From: the human T2T-CHM13v2.0 reference genome, Homo sapiens
Length of the DNA stretch: 64,000 bases
Reading direction: 5' to 3' (one strand)
Assembly (NCBI RefSeq): GCF_009914755.1
Contig: NC_060938.1
The notes under the pieces are model-generated. The model had not been told where the DNA came from, made no database searches, and was given only the letters and a program-made list of their open reading frames with translations. Within the stretch, counting starts at the first letter, position 1, and each line of letters opens with the position of its first letter. Both the position numbers and the translations under genes were made by a program. Positions 43,860-58,192 of the stretch are shown here, piece after piece.

Positions 43860-44305
43860 GCCACTCAGAGAACATCTCCAGGAAGCCTTTTCTAACTCCC
43901 CGGACTGTGAGATGGCCTCTCTGTGCTCCCAAGGTGCCTTGAACACACTCCTCTACAGTTCTTACCACCTGCTGAAATTGTCTGCTTTTTCACAGTGGTT
44001 GGCACCATGGTCTTTGGAGAAAGGCAGTATGGCTTTGTCACTAATTAGCTGTGTGACCTTAGGCAAGTCACATAACCTCTCTGAGCCTCAGCTTCCTTAC
44101 AAATAATATTTAATAGGGTAGATGTGGGAATTAAAATGAGTTAGTAAAAGGCCTGGCATATACTAATCGTTATTACCATCATCATTAGTGATATCATCTT
44201 TTCTACTCCATCATAAGTTTCTCAAATGCAGGGTTCACATTATTTATCTTCATCTACTAAGAGTTCAGCACACAGATGCTCTCAATAAAGGTCTATTCAA
44301 CAGAT
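43860..44305 (+). mobile_element. L2 fragment with a nested MIR (~44025-44180)
   Basis: 'tctccaggaagccttttctaac' (L2), 'tagctgtgtgaccttaggcaagtcacataacctctctgagcctcag' (MIR), 'gctctcaataaa' (L2 end). Confidence 0.7.
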
Positions 44306-45349
44306 TTCACATCAGCAGCTGCTAGATCATAGTAAGAGGACAGATGTGCCTTTCTTGGGAAGATGATTGCCCTGGAGGAAGCTAACAGTCAACAGTGACT
44401 CAGAGATAGTCACCTCCTCCCCTGTGTGTTCACAGTGGTCAGTGAGAAGTGATAGCAATGACCTTTCCTGTGAGAGGTTAGAATAGGAAAGATTTCTTGA
44501 TAAGAAGATGGTATGACAAATTCAAAGAATCTTTCACCAGAAACAAGCTCTGAGCCAGTGTGACTATTCAGGCCTGTCTCCCAGGAAAAGCTTCCTGATA
44601 GAGCCCGGCATTATGTGTGTAGAAAACGTAGCTGTGGGTTAACTTTTTACCCCTCTCCATCTGCACTGCCTTTAGTGGGCTTCCAGTGGTGGGGGTTGGG
44701 GGCGTTCTCTGGTTAGCTTGGCTGCCCACACTGTGCCTATGTGTGCTATGCACTCACACGGGCCTCAGTCCTAATGAGAGTTATTGGAAGCCGAAGGCGC
44801 TTCTGAGGGAGGATTTCTCTGTACAAACAGCCACATTTGCTCGTATCTGAGATATACAGGTGTGGTCAGGTCTAAGGGGAAGAACATGGATAATTTTCCA
44901 GCTCCTTTTTAGACCTTTGAAGGCAGGAAATAATTGGGGTTTGTGTGTTTGTATGTGTGTGATGAGAGAGAGAGAGAAAAAAATAAGAAGAAGAAGAGAA
45001 GGGAAACTCATGGCATTTCTAAGCAAATTGTTTCCACAATAATGTTGCCCCTCTTAAAATTAGCATAGTTCGTGAAATGCAGAGCTGTGTTGTGACTCAG
45101 AAATATTTCAGACAGCAGTGTTTCCACCAATTCATCAGAGATGTTATTAAGCCAGAGAATGACTAAAATCTGGTGATATAGGTGAAATAAAAACTGCTTT
45201 CAGCAGCCTTTCTCAAGGAGTGAGACTGGCTCGCCTCTGGCACAGTGGACTTCAAAATTAAAGGGGGAGACATTCGTGTGATATGGTAGCAAAAATACAG
45301 CTAAGGAGAAAGCCTCATTATGAGCAAGCAATAGAAGAGAAAATGCCAG

Positions 45350-45480
45350 TAGGCATTGAGACGTCCGAACTGTGGTCCAGAACCTGCTACTAACTAATGT
45401 GTGACCTTGGGCAAGTCACTTCATTTCTTTAGACCTCAGTTTTTGCATCTGGCAAATCTCCTCCAGCTCTAATATTGTAA
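45350..45480 (+). mobile_element. MIR/MIR3 core
   Basis: 'tgtgtgaccttgggcaagtcacttcatttctttagacctcagtttttgcatctg'. Confidence 0.75.
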
Positions 45481-46596
45481 CTTATTAAAGCATAGAAGTA
45501 CATCCAAATGAAATGATAAATAAGACATAGCTATATTATTTCCCTATCTTTGTACATTGGAATTGTGATTGTGTGTTAGTCCATGTTTATCAATGTCTAG
45601 ACAATATTCAAATGGGCTCTATATCAATTCTCTTTCCAGTGTTTCCTACAATGAAAATTTCTGTATCCTTAAAAAAATGAAAAGATCCCCAAATCGTGGC
45701 ATCTAATTTAAGAGATGATTTCTACCACTACTTCTTTCATCCAGTTCTTTAATAAGCATGTTTAATACCAACTGTGTGCCCAGTGCTGTTGAAAGGAAGA
45801 TGGCAATAAGACTGCATTTAAGAAACCACCACAGAATCATGGCCTAACAAAACAATATTAGCAGCATCTTGGCATCTGTCCCAGGATCTGACCTGCACAT
45901 ACATTTTGAAGTGAGCATTTACATGAGTATTTTAGCTGAAGGCAGCTAAAATTCCAGGGCACACCTACCTGCAGCATCATATAAAATGCTTTCTTCAATA
46001 GTGTGTCAGCCAGGTTTGTATTGACTAACTTGAATCATGGCTGACATAAAATTCCATCTCCTTTGTCCAGGGGACAACAGAAATGCAAAGGGGAAGTTTC
46101 CACCCAAAGTCTAAAAAGACAGGGCCTGAGATCCATGATAATTTTGCAGGGAATAATAAGCATCTCCTTTGTGTTGGGACCATCCATTGGGTTCCATCTC
46201 CTAAGAGGTGGTGATGGATGATGACTGGCACCTGGGCATGGAGGCTATCCATTGCACATTTTCCTGTAGACCTTTCTCTGCTTCCCTGGTCTCTGTGTAT
46301 CACAAAGACCCAAATATTTTAACTTGAGTGGTACCAAAAACCAATGAGGGGGTGATTATCAAAGTGGGAACAGTGGGAAAGGATGCTGTGCAAATACAAA
46401 AGTTTTGTAAACATTTAATAGGAGTTCTTAAAACATGGCTTCCAATTTAAACCTTTAAGTCACTAACCTGCTAGTGAGAGAGTGTGTGTGTGTAAGAGAT
46501 ATTTTCTCTGTTCTCCTTTCCTAAGAATTAGGAAGCTCTAGGGTGGGGCCAGAACCGAGGGTCAGATATGATTGGTGGGAGGAATTAAGGCAGTAG

Positions 46597-47705
<1,109 letters not shown>

Positions 47706-48379
47706 CTACATTGCAAGAGCTGTGCAATTCCTAGGAGAAAATTTATCCTGGGGGAAGAAAAATTCTGGCACAGCAAGCTGGGCTTAGCAATAGGACTTAA
47801 GGATCAAAAGGAGTAATGACCCTTGGTTCAGCACAAAAGCTGTTATTTGAATCCACCCTGGCCCAATTATCTTTGTGTTGTATGCTAGCCCTGGAGAGAA
47901 GAAAAAAAAAATAAAACTGGCAATGCTGTGTCACCAAAGTCTGTAACACCGTGGAGCCCAAAGAACTCCACTGCAGGAGCAGGCCTCTCCCCTGACATAG
48001 CATGATGCAAGAGAGAACACCATTTTCTTTCTTTGCAGATGTAAGCTACATGGCCAAGGCACTTAACAAGGCTGGCCTCTAGAACAGAGTACCAGCAGTA
48101 GCAGGGGATCATGCTGGAGGGGCCAAGGCTGGCAGTGTAGGAAACAGGATGCATACAGAGGCATTGTCACCGTAAGCACAGGCCCAGAAGGAATCTCAAA
48201 CACTTTTGAGACATCCTCTGAGGCTCCCAAGATTGCCTACGGGGTGAGGGGCTGTGGAGGGGGAGTCATGCAGATGGAGTCCGTATTAAGAATGGACTCC
48301 ATATTAAGAATGAAATTGCTTCATTGATTTCTATATCCTGGAGAGAGCTGGGTCACACTTCTTTGGAAGTGTGCTTTTG

Positions 48380-50836
48380 AGAGGTATATCCAACACTTAC
48401 GTTTCACTTCAGATATTCTCAGCCTCACTTGTCTTGTTCCACCTGCTACAGCAATGACCAGCTCTGCATAGTCTAACACTGTCTAGCCTCATAACTGTAC
48501 TGTAAACCCTTTACCTTCTTCCTGCAGCTTCCCTGTTGACACAAAGACATAGGACTCCACTGGGTGTCCATGTATGGACAAGAAAATTAACAATCTTGTG
48601 GGTTAAACTTTTAACCAGTGGAAAACAAGAGCTGGTGGAGCAATTTTTCTCTCTTTTTTTCCCCCCATTCCAAGACACCAGACCGTCCTTGAGATGTAAT
48701 TTATACTGTTTCTTAGACGATGGCTCCCCAGATGGAGCAAGAAGATATGGAGAAGAGACATATTGCTTGGCCTATAGGACTGGAGGCAAATTGTGCAGAT
48801 CTTTGTGTGTAATGTTAAAGATTACTAAAGAATATCCACCACAGAGGAGGATTGCAACAACCGGGGGCACAGATGACTGATCCGGTGAAGATAAGCAAGG
48901 GTCTCTCCTCAACAACCCCAGCATTTCTGCAGCGACCTCATAAACAGAGTGACCAAGGTAGCAAGGTTGGAGCCTATCCATGAGCCCAAAAGTATGGGCT
49001 GCTTCTTATCAAGGCTGCTGATACTGTCCCCATTGTCACTGCCAGAAATAGAGACTGACATGGATTCCTTGATATGATGCTATTCTTCAGTGAGACCAGC
49101 CAGCCATTTCATGGCCAGACGGTTATGTTTTACTCCTTCTACCCTAATGGGGCAGCAATTCATCTTTACTGGAATTGCTGCCTATTTTACATATTGGTTA
49201 TTTGTTTTTCCTTCCCATAGTGTCTCCACTGGCATAATCATCTAAGGCCTTTCACAATGCCTGATAAGTATAGGTATGGTAGCCTTCAACAGCATTACCT
49301 ATGAACAGGGGACCCATTTTACAGCAACAGCAAAAGAGTGGTGACAATAGGCACATAACTACAGCATCTACTACGGACCTCGCCATCCAGAAGCAGCCAG
49401 TCTAGTAGAATAGTGGAATGGGCTATTGAAAGCTCAGCTAAGACTCCAGCTCAAGGAAAATAGGCCACAAAGTTGGAGCACTCTCCTTTGGGCATGCAAT
49501 ATATGTGTAGAACTAACAGCTAATATATGGGCCCCAGTAGTTAGAATACATGGGTCTGGGAAAAAGGCATGGCTTTGGCCATCATTACTCCCAGTGACCT
49601 TCTTATGGAATTTGTGTTTTCCATTTGTACAAACTTAGAATTTTCCAGGCTTAGAAGCACGTGTTCCCAGAGATCAATAAGGTTTATGCTGCACTTAAAA
49701 CTGCAGCTGCCACAGGGTTACTTTGAACTCATCCTGGTGGATCAGCAAGCAAAGAGAGTTCCTGTCCTGAACACCACGAGGAGCCGTGGTTGCTCTGCAC
49801 AATGTGAGCAGGGGAGACTATGTCTGGAATCCACCTGATTCACAAGGATGTGTTTTGGTGTATCCATAAAAAATAGGTAATTGTCGCAATTACAGACCAA
49901 AGACAAAGCAATACAGACCTCAGGCCTCTTGCTGATGTAGGTCTTGATCATATTACTGGGCAAGCAGTGCAGATCAGTGGCAAAGTGCTGACCAAGGGTG
50001 ATAGAAATCTAAAATGGGAGGTAGAAGTAGGGGATGGCAGATGTCAATTATGGCCTTAGGATCAGCTATAATGGAGGGACTGCATCTTGCTTCACTAGTC
50101 CTCTTGCCTTGGACCTTTTTGGAAATGCAACTACCACAATCTTGAAGGAGACTCTGTGACAGATTATACTCATACCTCCTCCGTCAGGGAAAAATGGCCA
50201 TCTTGTTCTCAGAAAAATAGAGGCTCCAGAGTGTACCAAGTGAAACAGATAATGAAGGGCACCAGCAGGCTGCGTGGTGTGAGGGGTGGGCTCATTAGAC
50301 TGTTCTCACTCACCACTTTAGACCTCTCAGCTTCACTCGTCTCTTGTGCCAACTGTCACCTCAGCAAGCAGCTTCCTGAAGGCACAACCAGATGGCACTT
50401 TGCCTCATGCCCACCCCATGCACTCTCACCTGTTACTCTGAGGTTTCTCTGTTTGATAACAAGGCATAGAAATTCACAGCAACCCTCACACCTGTACCAT
50501 CTGGGAGTGCAGGAGAATGGACCCATTAGAATGAGCCTTTGACCAATGAGATATGGGAGCAGGGGATAAATTCTTCCCGTTTTCTCACCGAAAGAGACAT
50601 TCCTGAGACATTTTTTACATGGCTTCATTGAAGATAACTCTGTGATATCAAACAATCCGTTGTCCTTAGTGGTAGCCAGTTCAATACACTTCCTTGTACC
50701 TGTATTGGTTTTATCTCCTTTTCTGTCTCACGTTATTTATCCTTCTCTCCCGATCCTTAATGTATGCTCCCTAACAAAATCGTGGCACGTAAACCCTTGC
50801 CTCAGACTCTACTTTCTGAAGAAACCAGCTAAGGAA
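48380..50836 (+). mobile_element. Degenerate ERVL-class provirus: partial LTR16-type LTR, ERV3-16A3-like internal (integrase/dUTPase remnants), PPT and 3' LTR16-type LTR (~50292-50836)
   Basis: 'ccatccagaagcagccagtctagtagaatagtggaatgggctattgaaagctcag' (HPEAA..E.WNGLLKAQL integrase motif), LKLQLPQGYFEL dUTPase-like segment, PPT 'gaggggtggg', LTR end 'aaacccttgcctcagactctactttc'. Confidence 0.7.
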
Positions 50837-50887
50837 AAAATGTCTCTAAAGAAAGAAAAATAGAGTAATGTAAAAAATGAAAATATG

Positions 50888-51193
50888 GGCCAGGCGCAGT
50901 GGCTCACACCTGTAATCCCAGCACTTTGGGAGGCCAAGACAGGAGGATTGCTGGAGCCTAGGAGATCGAGACCAGCCTAGGCAACATAGTGAGACCCCAC
51001 CTCTACAGTAAATTAAAAAATTAACCAGGTGTGGTGGCACATGCCTGTAGTCCCAGCTACTCAGGAGGCTGAAGCTGCAGGTTTGCTTAAGCCAGGGAAA
51101 TCAAGGCTGCAGGGAGCTGTGGTCACAGCATTGCTCTCTAGCCTGGGCAACAGGGCAAGACTCTGTCTCAAAAAAAAAAAAAAAAAAAAAAAA
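50888..51193 (+). mobile_element. AluJ
   Basis: 'aggaggattgctggagcctagg...gcaacatagtgagacccc', A-tail. Confidence 0.93.
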
Positions 51194-51939
51194 ACAGAGG
51201 GAGAAAAGAAAAGAAAATATTCCCCTCCATAGAGGGAAAGTAAGTCAAAGTTTAAACCTAACCACAGATAAACAGCCCATGGTCCACAGCATCCCCTGTG
51301 GAGTAAGATTTGGGCTTCAGTCCTTAGTATCAAGCAGCAAGAACTACAGAAAGGCAGTTCAACAGCCTTCTTAAAGTGCCATAGGACACCTTCACTGGAG
51401 CTTCAGAAATTCTAAATATAGAATTCAAGAGCAGCAAACACTAATATCAGGATTTAGTTTGGCCCAGAGTAACCCTGTAAAGAAGGTGAAGTTGATCTTT
51501 AATGCCTCTACAGATCATCTTTCAGCATCTCCCTTTCCTCCCCTAAGACATTTGGTGCTTATGTTCTCTTTCTCCCTCTCCTTTATTCCAAACCTTTTAG
51601 CTCTGTATTACTTTGAAGTGATCACTTAAATTGATTTGCAGTAGAGTATTAATGACGAATTGAATTTAATCTGGTAGTTCTCCAAGAATTCCAAGAGGTT
51701 TTTACAGAATAAGCCCTTAGCTCAAAAGACTGTGTTTCTAATAGCAGAATACCTAGCATCAACAGTTGGCTAGTAGAGATAGATTTGAGGGTTCTTTAAA
51801 CACATAACACACACAATTATTACTTTTCATTTATGTCTAGGACTTAGTCCAAGCTTTTTTATTTATGTGTCCTTTCAGATAATGATTTTTAACTATTAGA
51901 AGAAAGGGCAACACAAAGAAAACCCTGATTCAGTTTTTT

Positions 51940-52145
51940 CCCACCATAGTATTATGATATTTTTTGTAGTAAATTTGGAAATTAAAATAATTTTACATGC
52001 ACAGCCTTATATGTATCATTAATATGTTACTATACTTGCTTTGTCACATATCTACATATCTATCCATCCCTTTACCCAATAATCCATCTTTTTATCGATT
52101 TCAAAGCAAATTGCAGGCATCAGCATTCTTCTCTAAATACTTCCC
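51940..52145 (-). mobile_element. L1ME4-like 3' end fragment
   Basis: 'ttgctttgtcacatatct...atccatc...tttcaaagcaaattgcaggcatcag...ctctaaatacttc'. Confidence 0.55.
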
Positions 52146-54373
52146 TGACTTGATTTTCCTCTTAGATTGTCTGCATGTCAGGACAAAGCAAAGAAGAATT
52201 CAGCAACTGCTGCTTAAAAACTCATTCACTACTTTAGAAATCGAGACAAAGTGAAAGACATGGATGGAATGAATTCAGCCCCTCCTCCTATTGTTTCTCT
52301 AGCAAGAAGGTGACCAAAGCTATAAATGTTTGTTTCCTGAAAACTAAAGTCCTGACTTGTCATCTTCATAGTGAAAAGAACCTCAAACGTATTAGTTCTT
52401 ATGAGCCCACATGCTATAGTTAAACCAGCTCTCAATTGTTTATTTTAAATAATCAAATTGTTTTGTTGGTGTCTTTGTGTTTGTAGGTAAGTGTTTGAAG
52501 CTATAAATCATATCTTGAACTGAGTTCAAAATTTGAGTCAAACCAACACAAGTTGTCTGATTGCATTCCTGACCCACATGGATATCCCTTGTGTATAAAA
52601 CAAGTTGCCCCATCTTGATCCTTTCCAATTTGTGATCTCCCTGACAGGACACCAGCCATGAGGGTTGTGGCTTCTCCACAAACCATCTCTTGACAAGTTC
52701 AGTCCCAGTGGTCTCTCATGGCCACCTGGCATAACTCTACTTACAGCCACACAGTCAAACATTTAATTGTTTAATTATTTTGCATAGAATGATCCTGTCT
52801 GTCTCCCAGAATCTAAGCTCTAGGAGGGAGTGAGGAGGGTAGGAAGCGTGTCTTCTGAGTTTTCTTCTACATTCAGTGCTCGAGGGCTGGGCACAGTACG
52901 AGGCACACACCTAAGACTTTGCAGGTCTTAAAGTCTTTTTACAGAAATGTTCTCACTTAAACTTGATGTATAGTAGGCTGCTTGGCCTACTTGCTTCCAA
53001 AAAGCTGGCTCTGGGTTCTTTGAAAGTGTTTCTCCCGGGATACGTGATCGTGGCAGTTAATATCAGCCAGAATACTTTTCTGACAAGTCCCCAGGCAATC
53101 ATCACGAGCAGGGACTTAGAGACAGGGCTTTTCTGTGTCAGAGCCAGAATTCAGAAAGGCTCTGCTTTTCTTGGTTAAAAGAGAGCCAGGATTTTTTTCT
53201 TTTCAGCACCCGTTTGCGCTGACCTCTTTTTCTGGCTTCTCAGTAAAAGGAATAAGGACTCAGGAAGCACTGGGGGGAAAACGGTTGTTTAGCTGGAGAG
53301 AGGGCTTAGGCAAGGCTAACACTGTGGGCTGGAAAAGCCACCGACGAGCTTCCATTTTTCTTTCTTATTGTTCTAAAAACCCAGGTTACTGTCCAGCCCT
53401 GAGTCATCTCATAGTACATGGAAATATATCTATTAAGTACATTGAGTTAAACTGTTCTCTCAAGGAAGCCCTGCCAGGGAGTTAGCAGGGACATAGGGTG
53501 CCCAAACATTGGGACAATTCATTAACCAGCACCCTAATAACCTAAATTATTCATGTCAGCTTGGACCCCAGAAGGGTCCATTCTCTTCTGAGAATGGGGC
53601 CCATGGCAATGTGCTGATCCTTACATGCGACATCATGTGGGTGTTTAGCTAAATAATAAATACATTGATATGCTTAAAAAATAAAAACTGATTCAGGCAA
53701 TAGGTGAATGTATCTTTCTTTCTTCTAAATTTCTCTAGATAACCTTCTTTGTCATTCTGAATTTTATATGATAGAAAACCATCTACAGGTCTACATTGGA
53801 AATACTGAAAATAATTTTATTGAAGTCTGATAATGGGTGAAAACTACTGGATCTCATGGCTCATTCCTGACCTGAGCTGGATTTAATTCCAGAACCGAGG
53901 AAGGCTATGAAGTGATCCTCTTTTCATTATCCTTATTTTTTACTGTAATTTTGTAGTGGTTTCAGTGAGGAACAGAACCACAGAAATCCTTAGGGGCTTA
54001 TCATCTAAGTTGGATATAGAAACAGAAAAGTAAGGCACCCAACAAGAAGCCAATTTTCTAAAGAAAAGGGAGTCCCAGAGTTTCTACTTTTATAATTCTT
54101 CCTTCCTCTGTCATTCTACAATATCATTGTCTTCAACATTTTTTAGAACAGTCTGCCCAGATATGATCTGGAAAACAAAGAAGCATGGAGAACAAACTTT
54201 GCCAGAAGAAACAGAAGTGCACTGGGGGGCACAGGTGGAGCAGCTTTGCTGTGATCTTGGCAAGAAAGCACTTGGGATCCTTAGGGGCCACTCAATCCTC
54301 CCCTCCATACCCTCACATGGTGGCCTTGGATTCCCAGCAGAGCCTCTGTGCTATGGCACCTGGAGGTTGAAGA

Positions 54374-54954
54374 TGTTATAGTCTCGCCAATGCACAACAA
54401 TTTAGCAGTCTCTCATTGTGAGGTATCACCCGGAGTTCTTTGTCTCACAACCAAGAGAATTAAGGAGCGTGGACACAAAGGGTGAGGTTGGAGCAAAAGT
54501 TTCATAAGTGAAAGAAGAAAGCTCTCCGCCACAGCGATAGAGCCCGGAAGAAGGTTGCTGCTTTTACAGTTCAATGTAAAGGCTTTTACAAGAAACTGTT
54601 GAGGGCTGGGTGTCTCATTTGCATAAGGCACAGATTTCTGGTAGCTCCACCCTGTCATTCTAGTGCGCATGTGGGCCCTTAGCTTGAGTTACTCCATACT
54701 GCTTTGTTCCCTTTACTGAGCATGTGCTAGAGGACAGGATTTTTCCATTGCGGGCATGTCTGGGCAAGTCACCTGTGTAGCCTTTCTTATCTGTGCAGCT
54801 GTGGGCATATCTTAGGTAAGCCCCCCACCCTGTGCACGTTCCCTTATCTGTGCCTGCAGCTTGAGTTTTCAGGCTGTTCTTTTGTTTGAAAGAATTCAAC
54901 TGAGGACTCACCCTAACTCCCTTCTTGACCAGTTTCTTTCTTTCTCCTCTCTCA
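54374..54954 (-). mobile_element. MER61-family ERV1 solo LTR
   Basis: TG...CA ends (tgttatagtctcgccaatgc / ctcctctctca), TSD AAGA/GAGA, 'ggagttctttgtctcacaaccaagagaattaaggagcgtggacacaaagggtgaggttggagc'. Confidence 0.82.
54752..54771. promoter_or_regulatory. p53-family response element (GGGCATGTCT GGGCAAGTCA), zero spacer
   Basis: 19/20 match to RRRCWWGYYY x2 with both CWWG cores intact; lies within a MER61 LTR. Confidence 0.75.
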
Positions 54955-55318
54955 GAGAGATTCCAGTAGCAGCCAGATTGGGACCCCTGCCTCCCATAAG
55001 ATGTTTACATACTGCAGCCAGCCCTATGGGAGCCAGGAAGACCTGCAGAACTAGATCCTGCTCAGTTGAAGTAGGACGAGGGCTTAATTACACACCCTCC
55101 CCCCATTAAGTCCTGATTTCCACACATGAGGCTGCTATTAGGCCCACAGTCTATTTAAGAATGCTCCCAGGACAGATTAAAGAAAATCAGTCTGAGCCTC
55201 TTAGGAGGGAGCATCTCATCTCTACTAGAGGAGGAAGCAGTACATGGTGAACAAAGCCAACAGAGCAGCTAGAACCAGAGAAGGCAGGGCTTAAACCCTG
55301 GCTTAATAAGGACAAGAT

Positions 55319-55605
55319 GGCTGAGTGCAGTGGCTCACGCCTATTACCCCAGCACTTTAGGAGGCTGAGGCGGAAGGATCACATGAATCCAGGAGTTTGA
55401 GACCAGCCTGGGCAACATAGTGAGACCTCATCTCTACAAAAAGTAAAAATTAGCTGGGCGTGGTGGCTCACACTGTAGTCCCAGCTACTTGGGAGGCTGA
55501 GGTGGAGGATCACCTGAGCCCAGGAGGTGGAGACTGCAGTGAGCTGTGAGCATGCCACCATACCCTATCTTGGGTGACAGAGTGAGACCTTGTCTCACAA
55601 AAAAA
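55319..55605 (+). mobile_element. AluJ
   Basis: Alu body 'ggatcacatgaatccaggagtttgagaccagcctgggcaacatagtgagacc'. Confidence 0.93.
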
Positions 55606-55910
55606 TATATATTATATATATATTTTTCATATATATGTATATATAAGTGTGTATATATGTATATATATGTATATATGTATATGTGTATATATACGTATAT
55701 ATGTGTATATATATGTATATATGTGTATATATGTATATATGTGTGTATATATGTATATGTGTGTATATATGTATATATGTGTGTATATATACATATATAT
55801 ATGAAAGAAGGCATGTGATGAGCATTCTGCTTCCTGCTTCTATATAATTTTTATATGTGTGTGTGTATACATATATACATATATATATACATATATATAT
55901 ATATATATTA
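55606..55910. repeat. (TA)n/(TATG)n compound microsatellites following the Alu tail
   Basis: Alternating tracts at 55606-55802 and 55852-55908. Confidence 0.92.
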
Positions 55911-56500
55911 GATGGGATTGTCCTGCAGCTAGTAACAGAAAATCCACTATATCTATAGTTCGTTTACTTAAGAAAATCTTGAGCTAGGCAGTCCCAGGTC
56001 CCCTTTTGGTCACAAAATGGTTGCCATAACTCCAGGCATCCTAACCTCACAAAGCCGTTTCCAAAAGCAGGAAGCAGAATGCTCATCACATGCCTTTTTT
56101 TTTTTTATTAACTATAATAGTAACTAACATTTTCTCGGCATTTACTTTATGTCAGGTGCTATCCTGAGCACTTTGTAGGTTTTAATTCTACAGCCGATTA
56201 AAAAAAACAAAGCATAAAAAGCAGAATTAACTTTCTCAGTATGACACAGGCAAGAAGTGATAGAACTGGGACTTAAACTCTGGCAGTTCAGCTCCAGAGC
56301 CCTTACGGTGTCAAACCACTTCTCCATTAAGGAAGAAGAGGTTTCCCAGAAGCACCTCAATACACCTTACCTTATGTGTCATTGTTTAGACCTGTGTCAC
56401 ATGACTGCCTGGCAGCAAGGGAGGCTGAGAGAATACAAGTAACTGCCTATTTCAACCTTAAGGAAGATGGGGGCTGTGAAGGTCAGTTGAATAGCCAACC
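55910..56500 (-). mobile_element. Old MLT1 (K/L-type) LTR split by a MIR (~56110-56320)
   Basis: 'ggtcacaaaatggttgccataactccaggcatc', 'gtgtcacatgactgcctggcagcaagggaggctgag', and MIR 'atgtcaggtgctatcctgagcactttg'. Confidence 0.55.
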
Positions 56501-57417
56501 GATAGCGTCCACCATGGTTACAAAAGTAGCAATGGGCTTTGTTACAGGGGAAAGGTCTGGTACACTAAGGACCCTTAGGTGAAAGGCCGAGGTCACTGGG
56601 CTATTTGGCTCACTGCCATTGAGAGAAAAGCCAAGATGCCACTGACAACCAGCTAGAAGTGGTGAAAATGCCAGCAGCCTCACAGTCTTATCTTCCATGC
56701 AGTCACTGGAGTATCTGTGCATAAGCAGTTTTTACTAAATTCTTCATCCTGATTTAATGGGGAGGAAATCAGATGCAACAGGTATGGTTCTTTGTGCTTG
56801 TTGAATGGCTTTAAAACAAGCTTTCAGATACTGGTTGCCATAGGGGAAGGCAGCAGGAGGACAAATCAGCTGTATTTTAAGCTAATTACCAAAATGTTGC
56901 AATACCTGTCAGATAGGGACATTTTGTTCCAGTGTCAGTGTTTGTGGAACAAAACACTGGGAAGGAAGGAGGAGTATTACGTAGGCAATTTGTTCTACAT
57001 ATGCTCGAAAAAAGCCTCTCAGATACCTGACACAGTTACATTCCAAGTGTTATTGTACCTGCTTATAAACTTGGGTAGAATCTCATTTTATAAGCTTGAA
57101 GAGACTTCCTAATTGCTACATTTAGACCCAAAGCTCATTAAACTTGAAGCCTATTGCTATAATATACTAAAACATACTGTATTGTTTCCTGGGTTTAAAA
57201 TTCCTTGCACAAAGCAAATGTTAGGTGTACAATTCATTTGCAAGTGACATGTTGGGGGATGGAGGAAGAGGTGGGCACCAAGGGATGTGCTTGGCTTGTT
57301 CCAACACATTAAAGCCGGAGAAAGTAAATGATGCTGCATCCTTGCGCAATGACTGTATTTCAATGCAACACAATATTTTAATAAAATATGACACACTTTT
57401 CAAATGTTAGGTGGTTA

Positions 57418-58192
<775 letters not shown>

